Of a stretch of DNA of 64,000 nt, positions 9,019 through 17,951 are shown in pieces. The stretch is taken from assembly GCA_965203095.1 (NCBI GenBank), contig OZ241877.1:288001-352000 (forward strand). The letters run 5' to 3'. A program made the translations under genes and the position numbers. This stretch comes from Bdellovibrionales bacterium (lineage in GTDB: Bacteria; Bdellovibrionota; Bdellovibrionia; Bdellovibrionales; UBA1609). How positions within the stretch are numbered: the stretch's first letter is position 1; every line of letters begins with the position of its first letter. The notes below the pieces were generated by a model, which was given only the letters and a program-made list of their open reading frames with translations, searched no databases and was not told the DNA's origin.

Positions 9019-10242
9019 TTAAAACTTGCTTTTAATAGCGTCTAAAATTTTGGAAGAATTGGCCCGGCTATCACAAGAGGGAACAAACTCAAAATCATAT
9101 TGGCCTTCTAAAACAGAAAAGGATTGAGAGACATTACTCAAACGATTGTTTAAAGCAATAATACTCACATTACTGTGTTTTTTAAAAAACTTATCCCATT
9201 CTTTAGAAGAATAGTAGGCATGATTCCCTAAAAGCAGGACTACTGTTTTGGCTCCAGGCCTTCTAAATGTCTCTAACTCGCCAGGCATTTGAAGTGGTCG
9301 CCCACTCAAAAGCACATCTAAACCAGCTAAAGGATTCCTTGAGGTTCGCTGAGCTTTATCAGGAGTCAAGTCTGAGAGAGTTTTGCGATGATTATTACTG
9401 AGATCAGGGTGATCATTAAATGTGATTCGTGAGGATGCCTTTAAGGTCTCACTAAAAAACCTGTCTCTCATTTCAGCTTCATATTCCCCCTTAGAGAGCA
9501 AATAATCTGGTTTTGTTGATTGAAAAAAACCTCCTGTATGATAAGCCTCTCCGTTATGATACTCTAAAGGAATCAACTGGGCCGGGCCATCGGAGTAAAA
9601 AGCAAAACTCATTTGCCAGTCAAAAGGATCCAAATAAGCCAAAAAAGCATTTTCTGAGCTATAATCACTTAAACTCTGAACACAAATATCACTTCTATCT
9701 TCCATATAAAATAAAATATCTAATTTTTTACTACCTGATTGAGCAGATCCTCTTCTGCCTAATCTGCTGGGAGAAGTGGCCACCGGTATATCTTGAATAG
9801 TCCCCACCCGAATATCCACCTCAACAGCCTCTGCATTTGAAAAATCCTCTTCAATAGAAATAGTGGTAGCAGTATTTTCTGTCTGAACTGGACTGGAAGT
9901 ATCCACTTCAACTGCATCTCCACCTCTGCCAAAATCTTTCCCTCCAACGGTATCCTCTACACTGATTGCCTTTCTTTTTTTACCACTGACTTTAACTTCA
10001 ATCTGTGTTCTCACAGTGGTTCGCAGTTGTCGAGTATGAGGATTGTTGGATCTGTCCGCTCTTTTCGCTCGAGGCTTTGCCCTCGCTTGAGCAGAATCCT
10101 CATCTGGAGCAATGGCCTGACCGCCCGATCGGGAAGCTTGAATAAACCTTTCTGCCCCGTCAGACACAATGCCAAATTCTTGCTGACTTTCACAGGCACT
10201 AAAAATAAAAGCCAAAGTTAAAAGAAATAATAGATATCTCAT
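9019..10242 (-). CDS. hypothetical lipoprotein
   Basis: GGAGG SD, lipobox-like FSAC after a hydrophobic N-terminus, 407-aa ORF. Confidence 0.7.
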   Translation of the reverse strand: MRYLLFLLTLAFIFSACESQQEFGIVSDGAERFIQASRSGGQAIAPDEDSAQARAKPRAKRADRSNNPHTRQLRTTVRTQIEVKVSGKKRKAISVEDTVGGKDFGRGGDAVEVDTSSPVQTENTATTISIEEDFSNAEAVEVDIRVGTIQDIPVATSPSRLGRRGSAQSGSKKLDILFYMEDRSDICVQSLSDYSSENAFLAYLDPFDWQMSFAFYSDGPAQLIPLEYHNGEAYHTGGFFQSTKPDYLLSKGEYEAEMRDRFFSETLKASSRITFNDHPDLSNNHRKTLSDLTPDKAQRTSRNPLAGLDVLLSGRPLQMPGELETFRRPGAKTVVLLLGNHAYYSSKEWDKFFKKHSNVSIIALNNRLSNVSQSFSVLEGQYDFEFVPSCDSRANSSKILDAIKSKF

Positions 10243-10461
10243 GTTTTCCTCCTTAAAGTTATCCTGCTGAAAGACCTATCGGATTTTTATCAAGTGAATT
10301 TAAAAAAATCTTATAAAAACTGGCCTTATGACCTGTTTTGTCCGTTTTTAAGGCTTTTTTTGATAAGATCGAGAGGAAAATCTGGGTTTTTAAGGCTTTG
10401 CGAAAAAATCCTTTAAAATCTTGATTCTTTTATTATTTTATAGCAAAAAATAGTTGTGGGG

Positions 10462-10524
10462 GGCGATGTAGTGACAAGGATGTCAATCAAAGCGGAGGAT
10501 TTGCTTCTGCATCGCCTTTTTTTT
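10462..10524 (+). ncRNA. putative small structured RNA with two AGGA-loop hairpins (CsrA/RsmA-binding-like)
   Basis: Outer stem GGCGAUGUAG/CUGCAUCGCC encloses UGACA-AGGA-UGUCA and AAGCGG-AGGAU-UUGCUU, followed by a U8 tract. Confidence 0.55.
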
Positions 10525-10534
10525 AATTAAACTC

Positions 10535-10563
10535 TTGAACAGGTCTTTTTTTCCCTATATATA
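10535..10563 (+). promoter_or_regulatory. sigma70-like promoter of rpsN
   Basis: TTGAAC-17 nt-TATATA about 20 nt upstream of the rpsN ATG. Confidence 0.45.
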
Positions 10564-10583
10564 AAGTCACAAGGGGTTTTGGC

Positions 10584-10889
10584 ATGGCAAAAAAAAGCTC
10601 TATCGCAAAAAATGAAAAGAGAAAGCTCTTAGCTGAGAAGTTTGAGCCGATACGAAAACAGTTGCGAAAACAACAGTCGGATCAAAAACTCCCTATAGAG
10701 GAGCGATTATTGGCTAATGTTAAGCTTCAAAAACTTCCTAAATATGGAAGTCGTTGCTCTGTAGTGAACCGGTGTGGGATTACTGGACGTTCCAGGGGCC
10801 ACTTGAGAAAGTTTGGCCTATCTCGCCTCATGTTCAGGAAAATGGCTCACGAGGGCCTTATTCCCGGTGTAATTAAATCCTCTTGGTAA
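10584..10889 (+). CDS. rpsN: 30S ribosomal protein S14 (long, 101-aa type)
   Basis: MAKKS...[11 protein letters not shown]...[21 protein letters not shown]. Confidence 0.97.
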   Translation: MAKKSSIAKNEKRKLLAEKFEPIRKQLRKQQSDQKLPIEERLLANVKLQKLPKYGSRCSVVNRCGITGRSRGHLRKFGLSRLMFRKMAHEGLIPGVIKSSW

Positions 10890-10948
10890 TACAGTGGCCC
10901 TTCCAGGGGGAGGCTACTTATCTCCCGGTGGCTTAAAAATTTTCTATA

Positions 10949-11497
10949 GTGAAACTCATCATCACAGCTACAAATCGAAAAAACTCGCTCAGCTCCTCTG
11001 TCTCAAAAATAGTGCAAAATATTTACCATAGTTTAGGCGAAAAGCCGGAAATTATGGATCTCCGGCAAGTCTCGCTTAAAAATATTGTGGAAGAGCCTTT
11101 TCCTGACAAAGCTCCCACTATATTACAACCCCACCTGAATAAAATAGCGAGAGCAGAGGGCTTAATATTGGTTTGCCCGGAATATAATGGAGGTATTCCC
11201 GGACTGATAAAGCATTTTATTGATCATTGGATTTATCCAGATTCTTTTGTTTATAAACCTATATGTTTTATCGGTTTGGGTGGGAAGTTTGCCGCCTTTC
11301 ACCCCATAAGCCATCTCCAGGGCATTTTTATTTATCGCCATAGCTTTGTGTTTCCCATCAGGGTTTTTATTCAAAATATTTCACAGGTTTTAAAAGAAGG
11401 GCAAATTACCGATAAAAACACCTATCAGCTCCTTATAAAACAGGCCAGAAATTTTACAAAATTCATCACAGCCCTTAAAACACAAACCTTTGACTAA
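10949..11497 (+). CDS. NAD(P)H-dependent FMN reductase (flavodoxin-like)
   Basis: TNRKNSLS and CPEYNGGIPGLIKHFID motifs. Confidence 0.88.
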   Translation: MKLIITATNRKNSLSSSVSKIVQNIYHSLGEKPEIMDLRQVSLKNIVEEPFPDKAPTILQPHLNKIARAEGLILVCPEYNGGIPGLIKHFIDHWIYPDSFVYKPICFIGLGGKFAAFHPISHLQGIFIYRHSFVFPIRVFIQNISQVLKEGQITDKNTYQLLIKQARNFTKFITALKTQTFD

Positions 11498-13047
11498 ACA
11501 ACCTGAAGTTTAAGAATGCGATCAATTCGAAAGGAGCGATCAGCCCTCGCTGTCTGACAAAAAGCCTTTAAACCCTGATATGGCTTTCCCTGATAATCCA
11601 TATCACCAACAAACAGAGGCTCAACTGTTCTTTGAGATTCTTCATTGTTGGCTTTAAGATAAGTGATTTTTAAACTCTTCTTTTCATCAATGGCTTCTTG
11701 AATCATTTTGATTTTACTTGCTCCCGACATTTCCTTTTCCGCCTTTTTATATTTATGCTGGGTTAAAAAATCAAAAATGCGGTAATCCGTTCGAATATAC
11801 TGTTTTTTAAAAGCCGATTTCAAAATCAAACCCTCAAAAGAGGAGCAACGGCTAAGAGCCACATAAGCCTGCCCACTAACAAACATTCCCTGGCTCAAAT
11901 CCAAAATGACCCGATCATAAGTTTTTCCCTGACTTTTATGAATAGTAATAGCCCAAGCCAAACGGAAAGGGAACTGGACAAAAGCTCCCACTGGTTCTGA
12001 AATAATAGATTTCTTTTTTTGGGAAAAAGAAAATTTATAAATCTCCCATCGGTAAGGATAAACAGAGACCAACTTATTTTCAGGATAAAGACAAACAGAG
12101 AGTCGCTCTTTATTTGAGTCAAAAGCCTCAATAATCCCAATACTCCCATTCACCCATCGTTTTTTTGAATCATTGTTGAGAAGCATAATTTGAGAACCCA
12201 ATTTGAATCGCAACTCCAATTGAGTGGGCCAGCTATCTTTTCCTAAATCCCCTTCAATAAAAGCGGTAGAGCTGTAGACTCGCCCTTTAAGGCCCTTTAG
12301 TTTTTCCTGATTGATGCGATCAGCTATCATATTGCGGGAGCTTAAAGTGATATAAAACTCCCCTTTTTTAGCTTTAAAATCAGGTTTATAACGACGGTTA
12401 AGGGCTGTAATGTCCTGGGGCCGGGTGCTGTTATTCCGAATGCGGTTTAATAGATGGATAAATTTTTGATCTTTTTGCCTATAGATCTTTTCCAGCTCAA
12501 TAATTTCTATATTAAAATTATCAAAAGCCTTACAACTGAAAAAAAATGGGCTTTCATAATGAGCTGAAAAAAACTCTTGCTCCTTAGACGAAACCACAGG
12601 AGGCAGTTGATAGAGATCACCAATAAAGATCATTTGAACACCGCCAAAAGGAAAACCCTGCTTAGGGCCAAATTTTTGAAGAAAAGCCTGCACGCAGTCC
12701 AAAAGATCGGCCCGAACCATTGAAATTTCATCAATAATCAAAACTTTAAGCTTTTTATAAAGTTCAGCCTGCTTGGGCTTTTTCATTTTTTTGACCGAAT
12801 CCAATGTCACATCAATATAAAACTTGAAAAAACTGTGGATAGTTTGCCCTTTAACATTTAAAGCCGCGGCCCCAGTGGGGGCTAAAACCACCGCCTTTCT
12901 TTTGGAATGAGCATAAAAATATTCCAACAGAGTGGACTTTCCCGTTCCCGCCCTTCCTGTAATAAACAGATTTTTTTTGCCCTCTTCCATCAGCTTAAGG
13001 GCATATTGAAATTGAGGATTGAGATCTAATTTTTCCGGCTGTGGCAT
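11494..13047 (-). CDS. PIF1/RecD-like SF1B helicase with C-terminal WYL domain
   Basis: GRAGTGKS, IIDEISM, GDLYQLPP, LAWAITIHKSQG, YVALSR; C-terminus ITY...RTVEP...LKAFC...RSFRIDRI is WYL-like. Confidence 0.88.
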   Translation of the reverse strand: MPQPEKLDLNPQFQYALKLMEEGKKNLFITGRAGTGKSTLLEYFYAHSKRKAVVLAPTGAAALNVKGQTIHSFFKFYIDVTLDSVKKMKKPKQAELYKKLKVLIIDEISMVRADLLDCVQAFLQKFGPKQGFPFGGVQMIFIGDLYQLPPVVSSKEQEFFSAHYESPFFFSCKAFDNFNIEIIELEKIYRQKDQKFIHLLNRIRNNSTRPQDITALNRRYKPDFKAKKGEFYITLSSRNMIADRINQEKLKGLKGRVYSSTAFIEGDLGKDSWPTQLELRFKLGSQIMLLNNDSKKRWVNGSIGIIEAFDSNKERLSVCLYPENKLVSVYPYRWEIYKFSFSQKKKSIISEPVGAFVQFPFRLAWAITIHKSQGKTYDRVILDLSQGMFVSGQAYVALSRCSSFEGLILKSAFKKQYIRTDYRIFDFLTQHKYKKAEKEMSGASKIKMIQEAIDEKKSLKITYLKANNEESQRTVEPLFVGDMDYQGKPYQGLKAFCQTARADRSFRIDRILKLQVV

Positions 13048-13132
13048 CTAATTTTACCCTCTATTGCTTGGCACCAGGGATAACCTTCCTCTAAGTTTTT
13101 AACAGAACTTAACTTTAAATGATTTTGTTGGC

Positions 13133-13360
13133 CTACCTATAACGATAAATAATTAAACCCGTGCTGAGATCTTGAGGCGAAAAACCCACAGTGACCCGGT
13201 CCCCTAAAACCACTTGAATATTGTATCTTCTCATCTTCCCGCAGAGTTTAGCGGAGATCTCCGCACTGTTTTTTTCCAGCTTGACCTTGTAAAGGCCACC
13301 TGCCCCAATATCCGTCACTAAACCGTCAAATTGAGCCAAATCACTTTTTGCCATGTCCAT
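13133..13360 (-). CDS. infA: translation initiation factor IF-1
   Basis: AKLCGKMRRYNIQVVLGDRVTVGFSPQDLSTGLIIYRYR. Confidence 0.93.
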   Translation of the reverse strand: MDMAKSDLAQFDGLVTDIGAGGLYKVKLEKNSAEISAKLCGKMRRYNIQVVLGDRVTVGFSPQDLSTGLIIYRYR

Positions 13361-13382
13361 TTAACCTCACTGTAAGGATTTC

Positions 13383-14249
13383 TCAAACCTGAAAGTTGGA
13401 AATAAGAATTTTAGTCCCACCCTCAAACAAAACTTCTAACCTGTTGTTTTTCTGAGAGAGGATAAAACCTCTTCTAAAAACCTTGTGATCAATCACAAAC
13501 ACAGATTCAAAAGATTTTTTCATATCGTAAGGCCGAGCCTTTTGCCCTTTGTGTTTTTCCTTAAGTCTTTGCCATTTCTGAATCTCTTCCGATGATGGCT
13601 GAGTGCTTTCCACAGGTTTTTTGCCTTTTACAAGGCTTTTTTTGACAACTGTTTTTTCAACTTTTTTAGCCGGCGGAGCTAAGGGGGGTTTTTCCTTTAA
13701 AACAGATTCAGCACTAACCTTCTTGTGAGACTTTTTCACTAATTTTGAAGAAGCACCGGCCGAAGGCTTTTTACCTAAAACAGATTCAGCACTAACCTTC
13801 TTGCGAGACTTTTTCACCACTTCCGAAGAAGCACCGGCCGAAGAAGACTTTTTACCTAAAACAGATTCAGCACTAACCTTCTTGCGAGACTTTTTCACCA
13901 CTCCTGAAGAAGCACCGGCCGAAGACTTTTTACCTGAAACAGATGAAACACTGGCTTTTTTACGAGACTTTTTCACCACTTCCGAAGAAGCACCGGCTGA
14001 AGGCTTTTTACCTGAAACAGATGAAACACTAACCTTCTTGCGAGACTTTTTCACCACTTCCGAAGAAGCACCGGCCGAAGAAGACTTTTTACCTAAAACA
14101 GATTTAGCACTAACCTTCTTATGAGGCTTTTTCACTAATTTTGAAGAAGCACTGGCCGAAGACTTTTTCTTTTGACCAGCAGGAGCTTTCCCTTTTTTTT
14201 TAACTGATCGAGAGGCTTTTTTCTTTTTTTCTGCCATTATGTTCACCAA
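13383..14249 (-). CDS. Lys/Ser-rich tandem-repeat (histone H1-like) protein with a globular C-terminal domain
   Basis: Repeats of KKSRKKVSAESVLGKK(S/P)SAGASSEVV; C-terminal domain YDMKKSF...IDHKVF..GFI....NNRLEVLF. Confidence 0.7.
   Translation of the reverse strand: MVNIMAEKKKKASRSVKKKGKAPAGQKKKSSASASSKLVKKPHKKVSAKSVLGKKSSSAGASSEVVKKSRKKVSVSSVSGKKPSAGASSEVVKKSRKKASVSSVSGKKSSAGASSGVVKKSRKKVSAESVLGKKSSSAGASSEVVKKSRKKVSAESVLGKKPSAGASSKLVKKSHKKVSAESVLKEKPPLAPPAKKVEKTVVKKSLVKGKKPVESTQPSSEEIQKWQRLKEKHKGQKARPYDMKKSFESVFVIDHKVFRRGFILSQKNNRLEVLFEGGTKILISNFQV
13690..14165 (-). repeat. coding tandem repeat, about 8 units of roughly 57-63 nt
   Basis: Recurrent gaagaagcaccggccgaag and gcgagactttttcaccact blocks. 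Confidence 0.9.
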
Positions 14250-14436
14250 TATATATTATTCTTAACTTCTTTTGTCCAATAATCCTATAAAACGCTTGAA
14301 GTGTAGGAAAAAAAAACCTTTCCGGCAAGGTTTTTTTAGCTTTTTTTAAAAAATGAGAGACAAAGCAAAATAAAGAGGGATCAAAAATTTTTCTTATAAT
14401 GACAAAAACACAATATCGGAGTAAAATTCCATCATA

Positions 14437-15531
14437 ATGAAGTCAGCCCTTATCCTGTGTGGCGGGAAAGCCACAAGATTAAGACCTTACAGCCACATTC
14501 TACCTAAGGCCTGTATACCTTTTTTAAATTTGCCCTTGCTCTCCTTAAATTGGTTCTACTTAGAGTATTTAAATGTCTCTCGTTTTTTATTAAACAGCCA
14601 TCTTTTTCCTGAAAAATTAAAAAACTGTGTGAGTTTTTTATCCCAACCTGAGCAAGAAAGACATATTTTTTTTGAGGCAGAACCTCTTGGCAGTGCTGGA
14701 ACTTTGCACCGCCTGAAAAAGGAACTCCAAAAAACAAAACAGTTTTTTTATATCAATGGAGATAGCCTGTTTTTCCCCAAAAAAATGAGTTCACTTCTCT
14801 CTTTTGAGAAACATTTTAGCCAAGTAAGGGCCGATGGCTTGCTGTTTTCTGCCCCTGTCCAAAAAATCAATCCCTTGGGCAAATTCTTATGGAGCGATAA
14901 AGATCTCAACTTAAAATTTGTTGGAAGCCAAAAAAATTTGCCTAAAGGCCAAGCTCACAAACTCTTGCCTTTTTACTTCAGTGGCTTGGCTTTATTTAAT
15001 AGCACTTTGTTGGATCATATTTCACCAAAAGCCTTTGATTTGTTTTTGGATTTTATAATGCCTTTGCTCCCTCAAAAAAGCTTTAAAATTTTTGCCGATA
15101 AAGGGGCTTTTATCTTAGAGGCAGGAGACAAGCTCTCTTATATTGAATCCTCCCGATTCTGCATGAATATTTTATTTGATAATGAGAAAACTCAAAACAA
15201 CAATACAGGAAAAAACCAAAAACAAGCCCAAAGCAGGGAGTTTAAAAAAATTCTGGAAATGCTCTTTTCCCGCTTTGACCCCAAAGATCAGCTTGTCGGC
15301 TTAAAGGCGGGAAAGCAAGGTCGTCAAAAATCAGCTCATCCCTTGTTAGCCCCTAACAGTGTTCGCCATCTTAAAAATTTAGAGCTTAAAGGCTTTGCCA
15401 TTTTGGGTCCCGGGACTCATCTGTTCGGGAAAAGCCCTATTAAAGACTCTATTTTAGGCCCTAAAACCCCATGGATCGGAGAATTAACTGAAGATATTAT
15501 AATCCTCCATGAAGCCTGTTTTTTTGTTTGA
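14437..15531 (+). CDS. NDP-sugar pyrophosphorylase / nucleotidyltransferase family protein
   Basis: LILCGGKATRLRP...LPK, EAEPLGSAG and INGD motifs. Confidence 0.85.
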   Translation: MKSALILCGGKATRLRPYSHILPKACIPFLNLPLLSLNWFYLEYLNVSRFLLNSHLFPEKLKNCVSFLSQPEQERHIFFEAEPLGSAGTLHRLKKELQKTKQFFYINGDSLFFPKKMSSLLSFEKHFSQVRADGLLFSAPVQKINPLGKFLWSDKDLNLKFVGSQKNLPKGQAHKLLPFYFSGLALFNSTLLDHISPKAFDLFLDFIMPLLPQKSFKIFADKGAFILEAGDKLSYIESSRFCMNILFDNEKTQNNNTGKNQKQAQSREFKKILEMLFSRFDPKDQLVGLKAGKQGRQKSAHPLLAPNSVRHLKNLELKGFAILGPGTHLFGKSPIKDSILGPKTPWIGELTEDIIILHEACFFV

Positions 15532-15591
15532 CAATTTTCCTGTTTTTTGATTATCCTTTGCCCAAGGTGGGCATTCTCCTACTTAAAAGTT

Positions 15592-16725
15592 ATGAATATA
15601 GCCATTTTTATTCTTATCACTACCTTTTTGAGTCAGGCCCAAAGTATCCCTATACCCGCTCAAAAACCTGTATTTAGCAATGAGGGCTTAATAGAAAGTT
15701 ATCAAGCAAATCAAACCACAACAGCCCTTGAGGAGGACTGTAACCCCTCTACCACTGCAGAAAGCCTGACACAAATTGGGGAAACTTTAGAAAAGGCCGG
15801 TGAAGCATCTTATCAACTGGATTTTATATGCGAAGTCAAAATCCTCATTGATAAGGAAAATAATAAAATGCAAGAGAGTCGGGCATTTATGTTGAGTTAT
15901 ATCGATAAAAAACCCGAAGATCGCTCACCAGAGGACCACCAAAGGATGACAGAGTTGATGATAAAACACCGTATGCTAAAGGACGAGTCCGGTGTGTCGA
16001 GTAAGCCTAACAGGCTGGGTATAGACTACTTCGTCCCCGCCACACGCTACATCCCACCGGAAGTGACCCAAAGGCAAATTAGGGAGCTAGCAAAAAAACA
16101 TATTGAAAGCGATGGTCCTCCAGATAAATGTCTTTTTTATGTAGGAAAGCAAATTCACACAAAAGACATAAAAAGTGAAGACTGCCGAAATGAGATTATG
16201 AGTAAAGTTCAACCCATTCCTGCCCCTCTCATACTCAGCCAATGTGCTTTAGAGTCGGGATGGGGGGAAAATCAAGAACATGACAATATTATTGGACTTC
16301 AAGTCCAATTTAAAGACCCCAGCACCATGACTCCTTCGGTATATCCTAACTGCCGAAGGGCAAAAAAAGATCCTCACCGTTGTATGTTAAAATTTAATGG
16401 TTATGAAGGTTCCATAGATGAGTATTTTTCAAGGTTTAATGCCGCCCATCTTGCAGGATATCAAAGATATAGAGTGAATCGTCTCAAATTATATGAGAAT
16501 AACCAGGGGAACTCTGATGCATGTGAGATGGCTAAAAAACTTCTCCCTTCTGTCAAAGGCTACGCTGAAGATGAAAAATATCTTCCTCATATTAAGGGAA
16601 TGTTAGATAACAAAATATGCAATATGATGGAAAAATGCGAAAATCAAAGTGCCAAACAAAAAACCAATATCAAAAATTATCAGCCGGACAAAAAACCAAG
16701 GCTGTCAGCCAAAGCCCTCAAATAA
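15592..16725 (+). CDS. secreted glucosaminidase-domain protein (GH73/Bax-like)
   Basis: Signal peptide; PIPAPLILSQCALESGWG, NIIGLQ, SIDEYF..N and YAEDEKY motifs. Confidence 0.7.
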   Translation: MNIAIFILITTFLSQAQSIPIPAQKPVFSNEGLIESYQANQTTTALEEDCNPSTTAESLTQIGETLEKAGEASYQLDFICEVKILIDKENNKMQESRAFMLSYIDKKPEDRSPEDHQRMTELMIKHRMLKDESGVSSKPNRLGIDYFVPATRYIPPEVTQRQIRELAKKHIESDGPPDKCLFYVGKQIHTKDIKSEDCRNEIMSKVQPIPAPLILSQCALESGWGENQEHDNIIGLQVQFKDPSTMTPSVYPNCRRAKKDPHRCMLKFNGYEGSIDEYFSRFNAAHLAGYQRYRVNRLKLYENNQGNSDACEMAKKLLPSVKGYAEDEKYLPHIKGMLDNKICNMMEKCENQSAKQKTNIKNYQPDKKPRLSAKALK

Positions 16726-16733
16726 AAAAAGCT

Positions 16734-17843
16734 ATGATTTCAATTTTTAAAAAGCCTGCCTTAAGTTTTCCGAAAGTCTTTTCCCTAACTATAATAAAAA
16801 CCCTCATTCTGTCCGGATCTGTTTTTTTTAAAAAAACCGCTGAAGCCCAAAATTGTTCCCCAAGGAGCCACTCAGCAGTTATTGTCATGTATCATCGCTT
16901 TGACGGCAAACATCCCTCTACAAGTGTGACAAAGGCCCTGCTCAGGGGCCATCTTCAGTTTTTCCGCTCTAATGGCTTATCAATAGTCCCCCTAAACCGC
17001 ATTGTTCAAGCTTTAAAAAGAGGGGGGCCTCTTCCTAAAAAAACTTTAGCCATCACTATAGATGACGCTTACCGATCCTTGTATGAAATAGCTCATCCTC
17101 TATTTGTAAAACAAAGGATTCCTTATACTGTTTTTGTCAATACCCAAGCCATTGATCAGTCTTTAAAAGACTATATGACATGGGGCCAGTTAAAGGAAAT
17201 CTCCCGCTCAGGCTTAGCCCACTTAGAAGCCCATGGCCATAGCCACAGCTACATGATAAGGAGTATGAACCCTCAGCAAAGGGAAAGGGATATTAGAACC
17301 TCCGTCCTCCGCCTTTATGAAAATACCGGCCGATGGCCTCAATACTTTGCCTACCCTTATGGAGAAACCTCCCAACAATTTATAAAAGAGTTAAAAAACT
17401 ACCGCTGGAATTTGCAAGGGAGGCCTTTTAAATTTTCCGCTGGCTTTAGCACACAGTCCGGCCCTGCGGGATGTTCTTCTAACTTATTTGCTTTGCCCCG
17501 ATTTGCCTTAAATATGAGATATGGGAAAATTAACGATCTGTTCCGCCACAAAATGATGAGTCGGCATTTGCCTCTTCAAAATTTTTCCCCAAAGGAGCTT
17601 GCCTTGTGCAAAAGCCGGCCCAGAAGGCACTTTTCCCTCACAGCTCAAAAACTCTCTTTAAGAGGCTTAAACTGTTTCGCGTCCAATAGTGGCCTTAAAC
17701 TCCAAGCCAACAAAAATCAGGCAAAAATTATTTTAAATTCCCCCTGGACAAAAGGTTTGAGGCAAAGGCTCAACTGCACCTTGCCGGATGGCCAAGGACG
17801 AGTTTTTTGGTTAGGAAAAGAGTTCACTCTATTGGACTGTTAA
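16734..17843 (+). CDS. polysaccharide deacetylase (CE4/NodB family)
   Basis: MYHRF, ITIDDAY, HGHSH and FAYPYG motifs. Confidence 0.9.
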   Translation: MISIFKKPALSFPKVFSLTIIKTLILSGSVFFKKTAEAQNCSPRSHSAVIVMYHRFDGKHPSTSVTKALLRGHLQFFRSNGLSIVPLNRIVQALKRGGPLPKKTLAITIDDAYRSLYEIAHPLFVKQRIPYTVFVNTQAIDQSLKDYMTWGQLKEISRSGLAHLEAHGHSHSYMIRSMNPQQRERDIRTSVLRLYENTGRWPQYFAYPYGETSQQFIKELKNYRWNLQGRPFKFSAGFSTQSGPAGCSSNLFALPRFALNMRYGKINDLFRHKMMSRHLPLQNFSPKELALCKSRPRRHFSLTAQKLSLRGLNCFASNSGLKLQANKNQAKIILNSPWTKGLRQRLNCTLPDGQGRVFWLGKEFTLLDC

Positions 17844-17951
17844 AAAATCTATAGAATCTGACTGGCGGGCCGGACAGCCCCACTATTAAAAAAATCATGA
17901 AATTTTTAGAATGTCTTGATTTTTTATTTTTATCTGATACACTTGCTTTTT

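Noticed and set aside
13690..14165. CRISPR array, or a plus-strand ORF at 13801-14124
   Set aside because: Units keep the frame of the minus-strand CDS; the plus-strand ORF is its antisense shadow
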